A stretch of 64,000 nt of DNA. It comes from Octopus sinensis. Lineage: Eukaryota. Where the stretch lies: positions 23,479-87,478 of the forward strand of contig NW_021833035.1 of the NCBI RefSeq assembly GCF_006345805.1. Reading direction: 5' to 3'. This document shows, piece by piece, positions 36,232-49,142 of this stretch. The position numbers and the translations under genes are program-made. Below the pieces are notes generated by a model that did no database searches, was not told where the DNA came from, and saw nothing but the letters and a program-made list of their open reading frames with translations. Each line of letters begins with the position of its first letter. Within the stretch, counting starts at the first letter, position 1.

Positions 36232-37458
36232 CACAGACATGAGAGAAGTAAATAGACGTCCCATATAAAATATTGCTCTATGTTTATCCTAACTAGGAAA
36301 TGTTTATATTTTTTATTAATTGACATTTTTGTGTCATGTTTTATACGAGACCGTTTAATCATGTCATGTACAAAAAATGCCTTGGAACTGTCTGAATTTC
36401 AAAGAGGCCTATTGAGGGTCATTCCGAAGGTAGACATAGCGTAAAATCACAGAAGAACTTGGGCTCCCGCTTTCTACGGTTGATATAGTGAATATGCAAT
36501 TCACCAGATAGAGGAAGGAATCCACTTCACTTCGCGAAGATTAACCAGAGCCTTCTGACAAGACCCTTCTCTTTGCTAAGAGAATTGTGGGGGATAATTC
36601 TCGTTGCTAGGCCTCTACCATAGCAGAATAAGTTATGTTAGTCCCAGAACAGCTATCAGGTATCTCCACAAACTTGGTTACTATGGCAGAGCAACAAGAA
36701 GGAAACCACTTCTTCGAGCAGCCAACACCAAGCGGATAAAAGATTGGGCCAGTGAGATGGTAGAGAGGCCACTAGAATTTTGGGACACTGCAATAGTCTC
36801 TGATGAGTCTAGATTGCTGTATTTCCTGACAGTGGTCGAGTGTCGGTCTGGAGACTCTGTGATCAAAACTTTAATGTGAAAAGATTCCGGCCAAGAAACA
36901 CGGCAGCTATTCTGTGATGATCTGGGGAGCAATTTGGAGCAATGATTGATCAGAGTTGGTGGAGTGTGAGAGAAAGATAAACTCAGAAAAATTTATGTTC
37001 ACATTGCAGAAAGGACACCTTCCAATCTTCTTCAGTTGTGAAATGATCAAAGAAGACTATTTATGAAAGATAGGGCTCCTTGTCACACAGCTAAAATGAG
37101 ATGAGAATGGCATTAAAAAGCTTCCATGACCAAGCCAGTCACCAGATATGAACTCTAATGAACATTTCTGGGACATAATGGACAAGACACTTCATAAAAA
37201 TAACAAGAAAGCATCATCAAAGCCAGAACTTTTGAGATTACTGCATGAAACTTGGCAAGAAATTTTGCAAGAGAATATTCGTCATCTAATCAGTAAGATG
37301 CCTAATAGGGGCTTTGCATTGAAAAATGCTAAGAGCATGTCTACTAAGTAGTAGATATTCACATTATGACAATTATTAAATAATTTGTATGTATTATTTC
37401 AGATTTGAATAAATTTCAATGATTGTAAAGGTGTCTATTTACTTCTGTTATGTCTGTG
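36232..37458 (+). mobile_element. Tc1-like transposon, both ends present, decayed
   Basis: TA|CACAGACAT..GAAGTAAATAGAC TIRs with TA flanks. Motifs RRKPLL, IVSDESR, VMIWGAI, DRAPCHTA, SQSPDMNSNEHFW. Confidence 0.9.
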
Positions 37459-37636
37459 TATGTATGTAAGTATGTATATATGTATCTATGTATATACATA
37501 TATATGTGTAAAAAAAACAAAGTTAGTGGTTGAAAATAAACAACATAAATGGTCACACAACTTCAAATCATCCCCATAAATTCATACCGTAGAATGATGG
37601 ATCCTCAGAACGGGAAACTTCTCTGATGAAGATTTT

Positions 37637-37719
37637 TTTCCTGATGAAGGGGCCGCTGCCGGTTTGGTGTTTTAATGTGTAATGGATCGTGGCAGTGGCT
37701 CTTGAAACGGCCGTAGACG
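37637..37719 (+). ncRNA. Type I hammerhead motif with 13-bp stem II
   Basis: TC-CTGATGA-AGGGGCCGCTGCC...GGCAGTGGCTCTT-GAAA-CGGCCG-TA-GA; stem I is eroded; element flanked by (TA)n. Confidence 0.7.
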
Positions 37720-37934
37720 TGGATTTATTCTTACATTATTTTGGATTCCTTTTTCTTTGGGACTTGACGCCGGATGTATCCCGGATTCACTTAAAATTTA
37801 ACAGTCTACCTAGTATATTATTTTCAATCGCCTCGCTATATACATTTATATTTTCTTCATATGTTTTTCTTCATACACTTTTTACAGTTTTTCACACGTT
37901 TTTTTTTTATATGTACATATACATGTACATTCTT

Positions 37935-38517
37935 ATAACTTCGGGCTTGGTGTCACAAGAAGTTTTGTTCGTCTCTCGCTCAACTGCACCTCACACTTAA
38001 TAATCAAGGGGTTGCAGTCTGGAGAGTAAGGTGGCCAGACGTTAGCGATGATGTGGTTGCAGAAATTGTCTGACAGTAATAGGGGTCTCTCGGCAGCCAA
38101 CCTCTTGACCCAGGACAGCACTACCTCCTCCAGGCCTTCGTGTTGAATCAGAGGCCGTGTGAGAAGATGACTGGAGGTATAACTTCGCAATCACTAATGA
38201 TCACTCCAAAAACCATGATGTTCACAGTATGTTTGATTTTTATCTCTCTTGGTACATGTCCTCAGATTGCACTGTCCTCAGATTGACACCCAAACATTCT
38301 TAAATGTTCGTATTGGAACTTCCGGTGCGAATGCCAAGCAGTACGGTATGTCATTTCCAAATTTCTGGCAGCGTGAATCGCGTCATTGTGTTGTTTTTCT
38401 TACAGACGGTGCCCAACTGTCTCTACTATACTGTGTAGTCGACAAAATACAAAAACAAAGAATGCAGCTACGCGAAATTTAAAATATAAAATGGCAACAA
38501 TTTACATATTGCACCCT
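37935..38517 (-). mobile_element. Tc1/mariner-superfamily fragment (possibly maT/DD37D-like)
   Basis: IMVFGVIISD, VVLSWVKRLAA.RP, NVWPPYSPDCNPL. Confidence 0.7.
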
Positions 38518-38641
38518 CTCCCTCTCCCTCTCTATCCCTCTTTCTCTCTCCCGTTCTTTCTCTCTCTCTCGCTGTCTCTCTCTGTTCTCTCTCTCTCTAT
38601 ATATATATGTGTGTATACACACGCACACACACACGCACGCA

Positions 38642-38672
<31 letters not shown>

Positions 38673-38673
38673 T

Positions 38674-38733
<60 letters not shown>

Positions 38734-38984
38734 GCATGAATATATCCTTGGGTGTATTTCATTTGAGAGGTTTTTATTCATATTTTATTCTCTCGGATAT
38801 AGATGAATATATGCTGTCTACTATTTTATTAGATCAGTTAATGTCTAGAGAATGTGTTGTGATACATTGCTTCGTTGTGATTCTTTACAGTATGGGTTGT
38901 GTAAAATGTAAATATTTTATTGTCTGGTGATTATACAAGGAATGTTTTGTATGCAGAGAATAGGATTATTTGAGATGTACGATT

Positions 38985-39720
38985 AAATTGAAAGACAAAA
39001 AGATCTTGATATTATTGTTCTATTCTTTTCCTTGATATCTTTATCTGTCATTCCCAAGTTGATTGTGGTCAGGTCGCTGTAAAGTCTCATGTTTCATGCA
39101 TACTATTATTACTTCTTATCCATTCTTGTCTTCAAATGATGGTACATGTTCCAGTGAAGATAGATTCCTTTCCAGGAAAAAAATTGCTCTTGGCAAGGAA
39201 TGAATCACAAGAAACTATGTTGTCAACTATCTCATTATATTTTTACTTGTATAGTCTACGTTCCGCATACAGAAGGAAGTCTTACGAAATATTCCATCGT
39301 ATTATTTTAAACCAATGCCTATTCAGTGAGTCATTTTCACACAAAAATTATTTTCTATGATCTGGTTAAATACATATTGGGGTATATTTTCTAACGAATA
39401 TCTGATAAGACTAAAACATGTCCGGAGTTATCCCCAGACTTACTAAAATTTAGTAATCAATTTCAATTTCGGAATTCTCTCCCTTCCATCTCTTGACAAT
39501 GGTTATTATTCATTCAGGTGGGGTTTTTCTCTTCAATACCTGCGTAATTTCGATCAATTAAAAAACTTTTTGGTTCACTACTCTTTGCCCTGCTCCTTAT
39601 ATACGTAATACTTTCACAATCTTTTCTGAAGTGTCCAGAATTTTCTCTTCCAAGAAATACTGATGCTTCTTGTCTTAATTGAAATAGCATTTCCTTTTCT
39701 TTCTTCGTCTTCTCCTTTTT
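38985..39720 (-). mobile_element. Ancient R4/Dong fragment (paralog of 21190-21945)
   Basis: Colinear nucleotide similarity, e.g. ttccgcatacagaag, ttctatgatctggttaa, taagactaaaacatgtc, ttctgaagtgtc.agaatttt. Confidence 0.65.
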
Positions 39721-40415
39721 CCATTTCTGTTCCTCTCTCTTTATCTCACTCTCACTCCTCCTCTCCATCTCCTTTTGTTTATCTTTCTATCCCTCTCCAA
39801 TTTATCGCTCTCCCTCATTATTTCAATGGATAATTTTATGGTGATGTAGTGGTGGTCATCGTCGTATTTGATATCGAATTATGCTTGTAGCACTTCTCTT
39901 TCCTATTCATTTCATCTTTATTCTTTGTAAATGAATGTTAAACGTGAATATGAAATATGAAATATTTTACAAAATAAATTTTCGTTGCAGTTCTCTTCTA
40001 CATCTCATTGACACTTGGAAATGGACGTGAGTAGATTTATATCAATAAATAGACCTATATGTGTGAACATTATGAAAATCGCTACACAAACATTTAATTT
40101 ATAAGTTCAGTGTAGGAAAATATTTTCCTTCTCAAAGTAAATTAGTTGAAAAGAAAATTTTAAAAACTGAGTTCAATAAAAAACAGCCGCATGATGACGA
40201 ATTCAATTCTTAACATAATTTCTACTGGTTAAAATTCAATTTTTCGTCAGTTAGCAGGCATTTTGTTAAATTTGACCAAGTGCTGACATTGGGGCAAACT
40301 TTACAACAGACAACCTTTAAACATTATAGAACATAGCATATGAATCATTTAAATAATAGAATTAATTAAACAACTTTAAAAACTCATTTTGATTAAACAG
40401 ATAATATATTCCAAG

Positions 40416-40464
40416 ATGCTTTGTACCTACACTATGGTAGTAACAACTTTATCCCTTCTTCCTG
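40416..40464 (+). CDS. PAN/Apple-domain gene, exon 1 (putative signal peptide MLCTYTMVVTTLSLLP)
   Basis: ATG, a hydrophobic stretch, then a G|gtaaag donor in phase 1, compatible with exon 2. Confidence 0.6.
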
Positions 40465-40587
40465 GTAAAGATATCAATGTTGATCGTCAAACATTTAATA
40501 TTTAATTTTTTTATTATTATCTATATTCACAATCTTTTATTTTTGTCTTTGTATTTTGGTTGTTTAATTTTCCTGGCTTTGTTACAG

Positions 40588-40845
40588 TTGAATATCTGAA
40601 GTATTTTTTGAAAGTAGAAAACTGCCTTCTCAAGGAAGGTAAAACATTGATGACACTTGACGTGGATGACTCCAGCTGTTCGAAGAGGTGTTTTGAAATT
40701 TCTACATGTAAATCCTTCGTGAGCAGAGCGATAAGTCCAAGCTGTATTTTATACGAAGATGACGCAACAGAGAAGGCACTAATACAAACAACTAATACAT
40801 ATTTTTATCAGTTGAGAAGATCTGTGCCGACCAAGTATACAGACG
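40588..40845 (+). CDS. PAN/Apple-domain gene, exon 2 (PAN-like domain 1)
   Basis: ttacag| acceptor, |gtaaac donor, 258 nt, phase 1-1. CSKRCFEISTCKSF...CILY fits the C-x3-C-x5-C-x-SF-x7-C PAN pattern. Confidence 0.8.
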
Positions 40846-41149
40846 GTAAACAAATTTGAATCTTTTTGTGTCTATTTCATTCCTTGACTCGTATTCTATG
40901 GTTTATTCCAAAGAGAGACAATACTGTCGGCATTTGAAAAGTCTCAACGATTTCTCTGGTCAATGTAGAATGGTGTCTGTAGATAAAAATAATTTGTAGA
41001 GATTTCGTTTCAGAGAGTGAAAATTTTAATTGTGGATTGGGACACAAAATCACCAAGAGTAGTAGTAGTAGTAGTAGTTGTTGTTGTTGTAGTTAAGTAG
41101 AGGGGAACGGTTTTATAAGTCATCATTGACAGCTAGAAACCCAGAACAG

Positions 41150-41206
41150 ATAGATTGAAAGATAGATAGATAGATAGAGAGAGAGGGGGGAGATAGAGAG
41201 ATAGGG

Positions 41207-41265
<59 letters not shown>

Positions 41266-41274
41266 GTAGATAGG

Positions 41275-41327
<53 letters not shown>

Positions 41328-41341
41328 TAGTTGGTTGATAA

Positions 41342-41380
<39 letters not shown>
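41150..41380. repeat. (GATA)n/(GA)n microsatellite
   Basis: Read directly. Confidence 0.95.
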
Positions 41381-41384
<4 letters not shown>

Positions 41385-41649
41385 ATCATCCACATCATAT
41401 AATTCAGTCAAATCCGAATATCCAATTTTTGCGGATAAAATAGATTTGTACAGACATAGGGAATTTCTGGAAACATGCAAATGTTCTTGTACACCATTAT
41501 GTCAAACGCGGTCACAGTGAATCACGATAAAAGCAAATAGCAAATGAGATAGCTAAGATTAGCAAAGAAAGTCTAACTTTCAGGAATAATTTTAGCAAAC
41601 AACTTTAGTACAATATGTGATATAATTCCTTTAGTAATTAACTGACACC

Positions 41650-42250
41650 GAAATTTCGCCGGCATTTCAAAAGTATTGCATGAAAGTTACCAGCATGTTG
41701 CGGAAACTTATCCTCGTTTCGAAAAAATATTTCCTCAGCCACCTATTGTAGTCTTTAGATGAGATAAGAATATAAGAGAACTATTAACCTCTTCTTCTGC
41801 ACGCTGTTCCTTAAAAAACAGCCACAAGAGAGGTAAAGCTTGTTCATTGTGCAACATGTGTCAAGTGAATTCCATCAGGAATCACAGCAGAAATGCTATA
41901 ATTTATACACAAGGTGGGACATGTAGAGATTCCCATTTGGTGTATGCGGCAGAATGCACGAAAGACAACTTGATTTATGTTGGTTGTACAACAGAACAAT
42001 TAAACAAAATATTTAATGGGCACAGATATGACGTCAGGCACAATGACAGTAGTTCGACAGAACTTGCCGAACATTTTGCTGCAAACGGATGCAATTTTGA
42101 AAAAGACTTGAAAGTGCGTATTCTCAGAAAATATTCTGAATTTGCTACACTTTCAGTACTCAAAAGGCATGAGAAGAAATATGTTTTGTTTGCGTGTTAT
42201 TAACATCGCGCCCTGGAGGAATGACTAAAATGACAGGAGAATTCCATCAT
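41650..42250 (+). mobile_element. Penelope-like element GIY-YIG domain (Neptune-like), decayed
   Basis: FPQPPIVVFR*DKNIRELL...CSLC...TCRDSHLVYAAEC...IYVGCTTEQL...NGHR...LAEHF...LKVRIL...E. Confidence 0.85.
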
Positions 42251-42334
42251 AGTTACACAAAATTGTTTGATTCTTCTCTATTCTTTTCTCTTTTCTTTCT
42301 TTTTCCTCCTTTTTCTTTCTTTTTCTTTTTACCA

Positions 42335-42600
42335 GTTGTAGACAGATTCAGATCGTTCATATAAAACAGATGATTTACTATAATATTATACATTTCGAAC
42401 CCATACCTGGTGTTACACAGTTCGTTTGAGAGTGGGATCAATGGCATGCAAAAGAGTAATGGGTTGAAGGAGTCACCTTTGAGAGATGTCTCGTTCAATG
42501 TTGATGTTGTTAGATTGGCTCATCCCATTACTGTGGTTTAGAAAGAGACGTGAATTCCACTTCGCCATGGTACCCTGTAATAATTTGGAAACTACGACAT
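42335..42600 (-). mobile_element. R4/Dong RT fragment
   Basis: GDSFNPLLFCMPLIPLS..L...YG...NHLFYMNDL. Confidence 0.75.
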
Positions 42601-42748
42601 TTATTTATGCCACCGTAAGCTGTTTTCTTCTGCTTCGGTACAGTCCAGGCAACTGATCAAAACTCTCCCACCCTTTCGTTTGGACAAGTACAGCCTATCG
42701 GTATCGCTCAATATTTTTCTGGCCTAGGTATCCATTCTCATTTTTTGC

Positions 42749-42780
<32 letters not shown>

Positions 42781-42786
42781 ACATCA

Positions 42787-42848
<62 letters not shown>

Positions 42849-42851
<3 letters not shown>

Positions 42852-45800
42852 TAGTTTTATTTTTATAGCGTGCTTTCACTTCACTACCGAGCGCAGCTCT
42901 CTGTGCCTTGGGTATGTGCTGTGATTTGTTGTGATGCTCTGATGGTTATTGTATGGAAAGTGTTCTGCGTAGGATGTGTGCAGTGCCTAGTAGTGCAATT
43001 TTCTGCATGTTATATGTGTTTGTAAGTCCTGGTGTTTTTGTTATGTATTTGTCTGAATATTTTTTTATCATGCCTAATGCACCTACTATGATAGGAATTG
43101 TTTCTGTTTTCAGATTCCACATTCTAGTTACCTCTATTTCCAGGTCTTTGTAATTTGAGAGTTTCTCCATTTCTTTTAGAGACACGTTGTCATCTGCCGG
43201 TATCGATACATCAATTAGAAAGCATTTTTTTCTTCATGATCTCTGACAACTATATCTGGTCTGTTGGCCCTAATTTTTCTATCTGTGTATATCGGCATAT
43301 CCCAGAGTATGGTTGCTTTCTCGTTTTCTGTGACCTTTTCTGGTATGTGCCCATACCATCTTTTTTCTGTTGTTATTCCATAATGTTGGCATAGCTTCCA
43401 ATGTATGTAGGTTCCAACTCAGTCATGTCTGTGAATATATTCCTTCTTAGCCAGAACTGGGCAGCTAGAGATAATATGATTTATTGTTTCTTGTCCATCT
43501 CCACATATTCTGCAGTTACTTGTTATATTTCTTTTCATTACATGTTTTTGGTAATTTCTGGTGGGGAGGCTTTGGTCTTGTGCTGCAATTAAAAGTCCCT
43601 CTGTTTCTGCTTTGAGTCCTGAGCTTCTCAACCATTGCTGGGATTTTTCTTTGTCTATTTCTTTTGCGTATAGTTTAGTCCAGTATTTACCATGAAGGGG
43701 CTTTTCTTGCCATCGTTTTATCATGGTTCGTTGCTGTTCTATTTTTAGTTTGGATTTCATTTGTTTTATAGCTTTTGTTGTTTCTTCCTCTTCTTCTTCT
43801 TCTTCTTCTTCATGTTTATTAGGTGTTATGATTTCTTGTTTGTATTTGTCACCTTCCTTAAATACTGAGAACAGTTTTTTGTTTTGTTTGTGTTTTGCCG
43901 CTATCTGAAGTAGATATTTTTGCAGTCCTATGGTGGTTATTTTATAGTAGTTTTCCAGCTGTATAAGGCCTCTACCACCTTCTATACGTTGTATATATAG
44001 TCTTTCTATGTCAGATTTTGGGTGATGCATCCTAGATCCTGTCATTATTTTTCTTGTTTTCCTATCTATTTTGGTCAGTTCATTTCGTGTCCAGTTAAGG
44101 ATATTGTAGCTGTAACTTATAATTGGGACAGCCAAAGTGTTGATACCTTTTATCTTGTTTTTAGCATTGAGCTCTGTTTTTAGTATTGATCTAACTCGTC
44201 TATAATATTCTTTTTTATTTTCTCTTTCATTTGTGTGTGTTGTGTCTTATCTAGTTCATGGATTCCTAAGTATTTGTAAGTTTGGATTTGGTCTAATTCT
44301 TTTATTTCATTGGTTTTATCTAGTGTGATGTTATTACTCTTAACTAGTTTTCCTCTTTTCATGGTTACTTTGGCGCATTTTTCTAATCCAAATTTCATAT
44401 CCATTTCTTTGGTAAATCCATGAACTGTCTTTAATAGTGTTTCCAGCTGTTTGTCATTTGCAGCGTATAGTTTTAGGTCATCCATATATAAAAGGTGGCT
44501 GATCGTTTTGCCGTAACATTTATATCCGCATCCAGTTCTATTTAGTATATTAGATAGAGGTGACAGTGCCAAGCAGAAAAGGAGTGGAGAGAGCGTGTCT
44601 CCCTGGAATATTCCTCTTCTAATGGGGATGGCTTTGGTTTTCATGAGTCCCTCTTTTGTTTGGAGGTGTAGGACTGTTTGCCATTTATTCATAGAGTGCT
44701 CTATGAATTTTATGATTGTTGGTGCTACTTTGTTAATGGCTAGTGTTTCGAGGATCCATGTGTGGGGGGTGCTATCAAACGCCTTTTTGTAGTCAATCCA
44801 GGCCATACTGAGGCCTTTCTTCTTTCTGTGGTTGTCTTCAGTTATGGCTTTATTAATCATTAGTTGATCTTTACAGCCATATGAGCCTTTGCGGCATCCT
44901 TTCTGCTCTTCTGGAAACAGTTTGTTTTCGTCCAGGTGCTTGTTCAGCCTTTGCAATATCACTGCAGTAAATGCCTTGAACATAGTAGGGAGGCAGGTTA
45001 TTGGTCTGTAGTTTTCTGGTTTTGCTGTTTCATTTGATTTGGGAATTAAGATGGTTTTCCCCTTCGTGAGCCATTCAGGCATTGTCTCTGGCTCTGCTAG
45101 TATGTTGTTAAAGTTTTCAGCCAGCTTTTTGTGCATTCCTGTTAGATATTTCAACCAGAAGTTGGGGATCTTGTTATGTCCAGGTGCCTTCCAGTTGCTT
45201 AGTCTTTGCAGTGCCTGGGTGACCTCTTCAGTTGTTATGGGGGTCCAAAGTTCTTTAGATGCCGAGTTTGTTATTTTGATACTCCTTTTTTTTGGTTGTT
45301 CGTTCGCCGACCATATTTCTCTCCAGAATTCTTCCAATTCTTCTGCCGTTGGTGCTGCAGTGACTTCTATTTTATTTTTGCCCAGTTCTTGGTAGAACTT
45401 TTTGGGGTTGGAGTTGAACTTTTTGTTTTGTTCAAAGAAGCGCTGGCGTTTCTCGTACCGGCGGATCCTTTGTGCTTTGGCAAGGATATCTTGCTTCAGC
45501 TTTTCTTTTATCTCAGGCAAATCTTTCTCTGTGATGTTATATTTGCGGAGTATTTTTGTTCTCTTTTTGTTGCTCAGTAGCGTTGATTGTTTGCTGATTT
45601 CATTAAGAATCGACAGGTCTTTTCTAATTTTTTTTATTTTGTTTTGGATGTTATTTATCCACAGGGTTTGTTTGGGTGGTGGTACTCCTGTTTGGGCGGG
45701 TTTGGGTGAGTATCCAGCTTCTTTTGTGGCTGCAGTGGCTGCTGCGTATATTAAGTCATTTAGCTGAGTGATATCACTTTTTTTTTGTTTCAGTGGCTAT

Positions 45801-46411
45801 TAGTTCTGTGACGGCTAGGTTTATGCTGTTTATAATTGGTGTTGTTATTTCGTTTATTTTGATTCTTGGGAGGTATGGTCGGTGGTCCATTTTGAGCTCT
45901 GTGGTTTTCAGTTCTTTGATTATTTTATTTTTTATATTATCATAAACATTAGGCTCCCCTTCGTTGTTTACATCGTGTTTGTTGGGAATGTTGTGTTTGT
46001 CTTCGTGTTTTACAGTTTCAGTGTTTATATTATTGGGCATTGTTGTGTGGCTTCTATCTACATTTTCCTGGTGTATTTTTTCTTTTAGATGTTCTATTTC
46101 TATTTCTGATATTTTTTTTTTTGTGTTGAGAATGTATCTTCGTACGTTAGCTAATTTATTAGGGTTCATTGCTGTATCCACGTCTATATCTCTATTATTT
46201 TCCTTCCATATTTTATATGTATGTGTTGTTGTATTTTCATTTTTTGGGTAGAGCACTGCTGTGAAGTATGCGTGTAAGATAGAAATGTATTCCTCACGTG
46301 TCCATTTACGTCTTTTGGGTTTTATTTGCGGGACATGAGGTACAACGTCCGGCCCATTATTTTGACGGTCGTCATTTTCGTAGGGTACCGGTCCGTTTAT
46401 TTCTGTTGTCA

Positions 46412-46412
<1 letters not shown>
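42849..46412 (-). mobile_element. Near-complete R4/Dong-clade LINE (single ORF: RT, CCHC, REL) inserted in (TAA)n
   Basis: ORF pieces 46412-45774, about 45770-44180, 44135-43419 and 43418-42946. Motifs NWKAPG, YRPITCL, WIDYKKAFDS, GIFQGDTLSPLLF, YMDDLKL, CRICG..ETINHIISSC, RPDIVV..IDVSIP. (TAA)n flanks both ends. Confidence 0.95.
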
Positions 46413-46510
<98 letters not shown>

Positions 46511-46591
46511 TATTATTATTATTATTATTATTACCATCGTCATCATTATTATTATTATTATTATTATCATCATCATCATCATCATCATCAA

Positions 46592-46645
<54 letters not shown>

Positions 46646-46646
46646 T

Positions 46647-46710
<64 letters not shown>
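46413..46710. repeat. (ATT)n/(ATC)n microsatellite
   Basis: Read directly; further tracts at 42748-42848, 47088-47175 and 48268-48553. Confidence 0.95.
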
Positions 46711-46711
<1 letters not shown>

Positions 46712-46713
<2 letters not shown>

Positions 46714-47086
46714 GAAAACTAACAGATTATTTTGCTGGGTATAATGGAAAGTCCCAGCAGACTAAGGTGACACTTGTTTACTTGTCATGCTTCAAGAACC
46801 CCGCGAAGAATTCTTGCAGTTCGAAGCAATGCTGATTTTTTAATGTATTTTACCTGGACACTTGTACCGATCTTTTTCAGCCATCAGCCATGTTGGTAGT
46901 GCTCATACTTCCAAGTGCACCAATTACTATTGGTATCATGTCTACTCTCTTCATTGACCACAACCTTCGTATTTTTCGCGTTAAATCGTCATAGTGTATT
47001 TTTTCTTCTTCTTTCACATTGATTCTGTTGTCACCGTGGCATACTATGTGAATTATCATTTATGTTCTTTCTTTTTTATTCACCAC

Positions 47087-47087
<1 letters not shown>
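46712..47087 (-). mobile_element. R4/Dong 3' fragment (second family)
   Basis: KEEEKIHYDDL...LW...IPIVIGALG...KSALLRTARILRGVLEA*. Confidence 0.8.
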
Positions 47088-47123
<36 letters not shown>

Positions 47124-47175
47124 ATTATTATATTATTATTATTATTATTATTATTATTGTTGTTGTTGTTGTTAT

Positions 47176-47310
47176 CTTTGCACAGCTAACACTGGAGATG
47201 AACTACGGTGTTAGCAGTTCACTACCAGTGAACTAAGGTAACACCTCTTATTTTTCGAGCACCATCCGGAGTATTTGAGCGGTTCCTAGCAGTGCTGTTT
47301 CCTGCAAATT
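47176..47310 (-). mobile_element. R4/Dong extreme 3' fragment (third family)
   Basis: LQETALLGTAQILRMVLEK* followed by a short 3'UTR, between TAA tracts. Confidence 0.7.
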
Positions 47311-47334
47311 ATTACTACTATTATTATTATTTTT

Positions 47335-48267
47335 TTTTTCTTCTTTCAAATTTGCTTCCATTTCTTGCCGAGTGTCTTCCCGACTCCTAGGGCAAAGAAA
47401 CTCATAGTATAACATTGGTAGGCCATTAAACCAAACTCAATAGTTCGTTCATTTTTTTTTTAAGTTAGATTAAAATACATGAGCAGCAACAGTTCTCACA
47501 TCGACAATGCTCTTCTCAATACGTGTGATGTACCAGTTAAGACAATCTTTTGCACTTCTTGCAGGGATGGTAAGCCAGGGATCATTCTCATATAATTTTC
47601 GGTTCCCTTCTTGATCATTCCTAGTGCTCCTACGATCACTGGTATTGTAACCGCCTTGAGACGCCACATTTTCTCAATTTCAATGAGTAGGTCTTTATAT
47701 TTTCTGAGCTTGTCAAACTCTTTCGCTGAGATATTATGATCACAGGAGATGCTCATGTCGATCAATAAGCAAACTTTATTGTTTTGGTCTTTCACAACAA
47801 TATCTGGTTTATTGGCCTTGATGGTTCGGTCTGTATGTACTGGAAAGTCCCACAGAATGGTTACATTTTCTCCTTCAGTTACAGCCTCAGGGTGGTGATT
47901 ATACCACTTGTCGGCAGTTTTGATATTGTAATACCGACTTATTAGCCAGTGGAGATATTGGCCAACTCTGTCATGTCTTAATTTATACTCCACTGGTGCT
48001 AAGACTTTACATCCAGAGATTAGGTGGTCCATTGTTTCAATCATGTTGCAGAATCGGCATTTTGGGTCTGCTCCATTTTTCATCACATTGGCCTGGTAGT
48101 TCCGGGTTAATAGGCTTTGATCTTGAGCAGCCAGGATGAAACCTTCGCTCTCTGCTTTTAGCCCTGAGCTCCGTATCCACTGATGGGTTTGCTTCTGGTC
48201 AACATCAGTTTGTTTGCTGCGGGTCACATATTTGCCGTGCAGAGGTTTCTCCTCCCACCTATCAGCC
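47335..48267 (-). mobile_element. R4/Dong 3' portion (fourth family) with open CCHC and REL frame
   Basis: ORF 48227-47496: GLKAESEGFILAAQDQ, CRFC..ETMDHLISGC, KPDIVV..IDMSI, IPVIVGALG. Confidence 0.92.
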
Positions 48268-48292
48268 TTATTATTAATATTATTATTATTAA

Positions 48293-48351
<59 letters not shown>

Positions 48352-48484
48352 TATTATTATTAATTATTATTATTATTATTATTATTATTAATATTATTAT
48401 TATTATTATATATTATTATTATTATTATTATTATTAATATTATTATTATTAGTATTGTTATTATTCATATTATTATTATTATTA

Positions 48485-48553
<69 letters not shown>

Positions 48554-48687
48554 TCTTTACCCAGTATTTTTTATCTATTCATTATTTTTCATTGAACTAA
48601 AACAATAAAACTCTTCACCATAAAAGCAGCCCGCCACAATTAAGAAAACCGAACCAAAACGTTCATTTACCTTTTCTATTCTTTCAG

Positions 48688-48918
48688 GAAGATGTCCTGT
48701 GGATTTCATTTACAACAGTTATCTTGCTAGTAACAATGATTTGGGTGTCACGTCTGATATTAATTATAGGCAGTGTTTCTACAAATGTGAAGCAGAACCA
48801 ACCTGTCAATCATTTGACTACAACTTTAATACGAATGTTTGCTACATGTCAACTTATAACCATACTAACGGAGTTTTGCGTTGCATCAGAAATGACGTTT
48901 ACATTGAAATAAACAGAA
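48688..48918 (+). CDS. PAN/Apple-domain gene, exon 3 (PAN domain 2)
   Basis: tttcag| acceptor, |gtaagt donor, 231 nt, phase 1-1. CFYKCEAEPTCQSFDYN...CYMS is a canonical PAN motif. Confidence 0.88.
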
Positions 48919-49109
48919 GTAAGTGTAAATTCGCTTTACATTTCCTTATACTTTTCTTCTATCTAGACCTCTTCATCCAAGTGCTTCCTCCTGTTTTGTT
49001 TAGTCCGTGCTTATGGACTATATATATTTATGTGTGTGTGTTTGTGTGCGTGTGTGTGTGCACGTGTATAAATGCAGGTGTGTGTGTCCGTGCATGTGTG
49101 TTGTGTGTG

Positions 49110-49142
<33 letters not shown>

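Noticed and set aside
46298-46744. Poly-His/Tyr/Ile/Met ORFs
   Set aside because: (ATT)n/(ATC)n microsatellite
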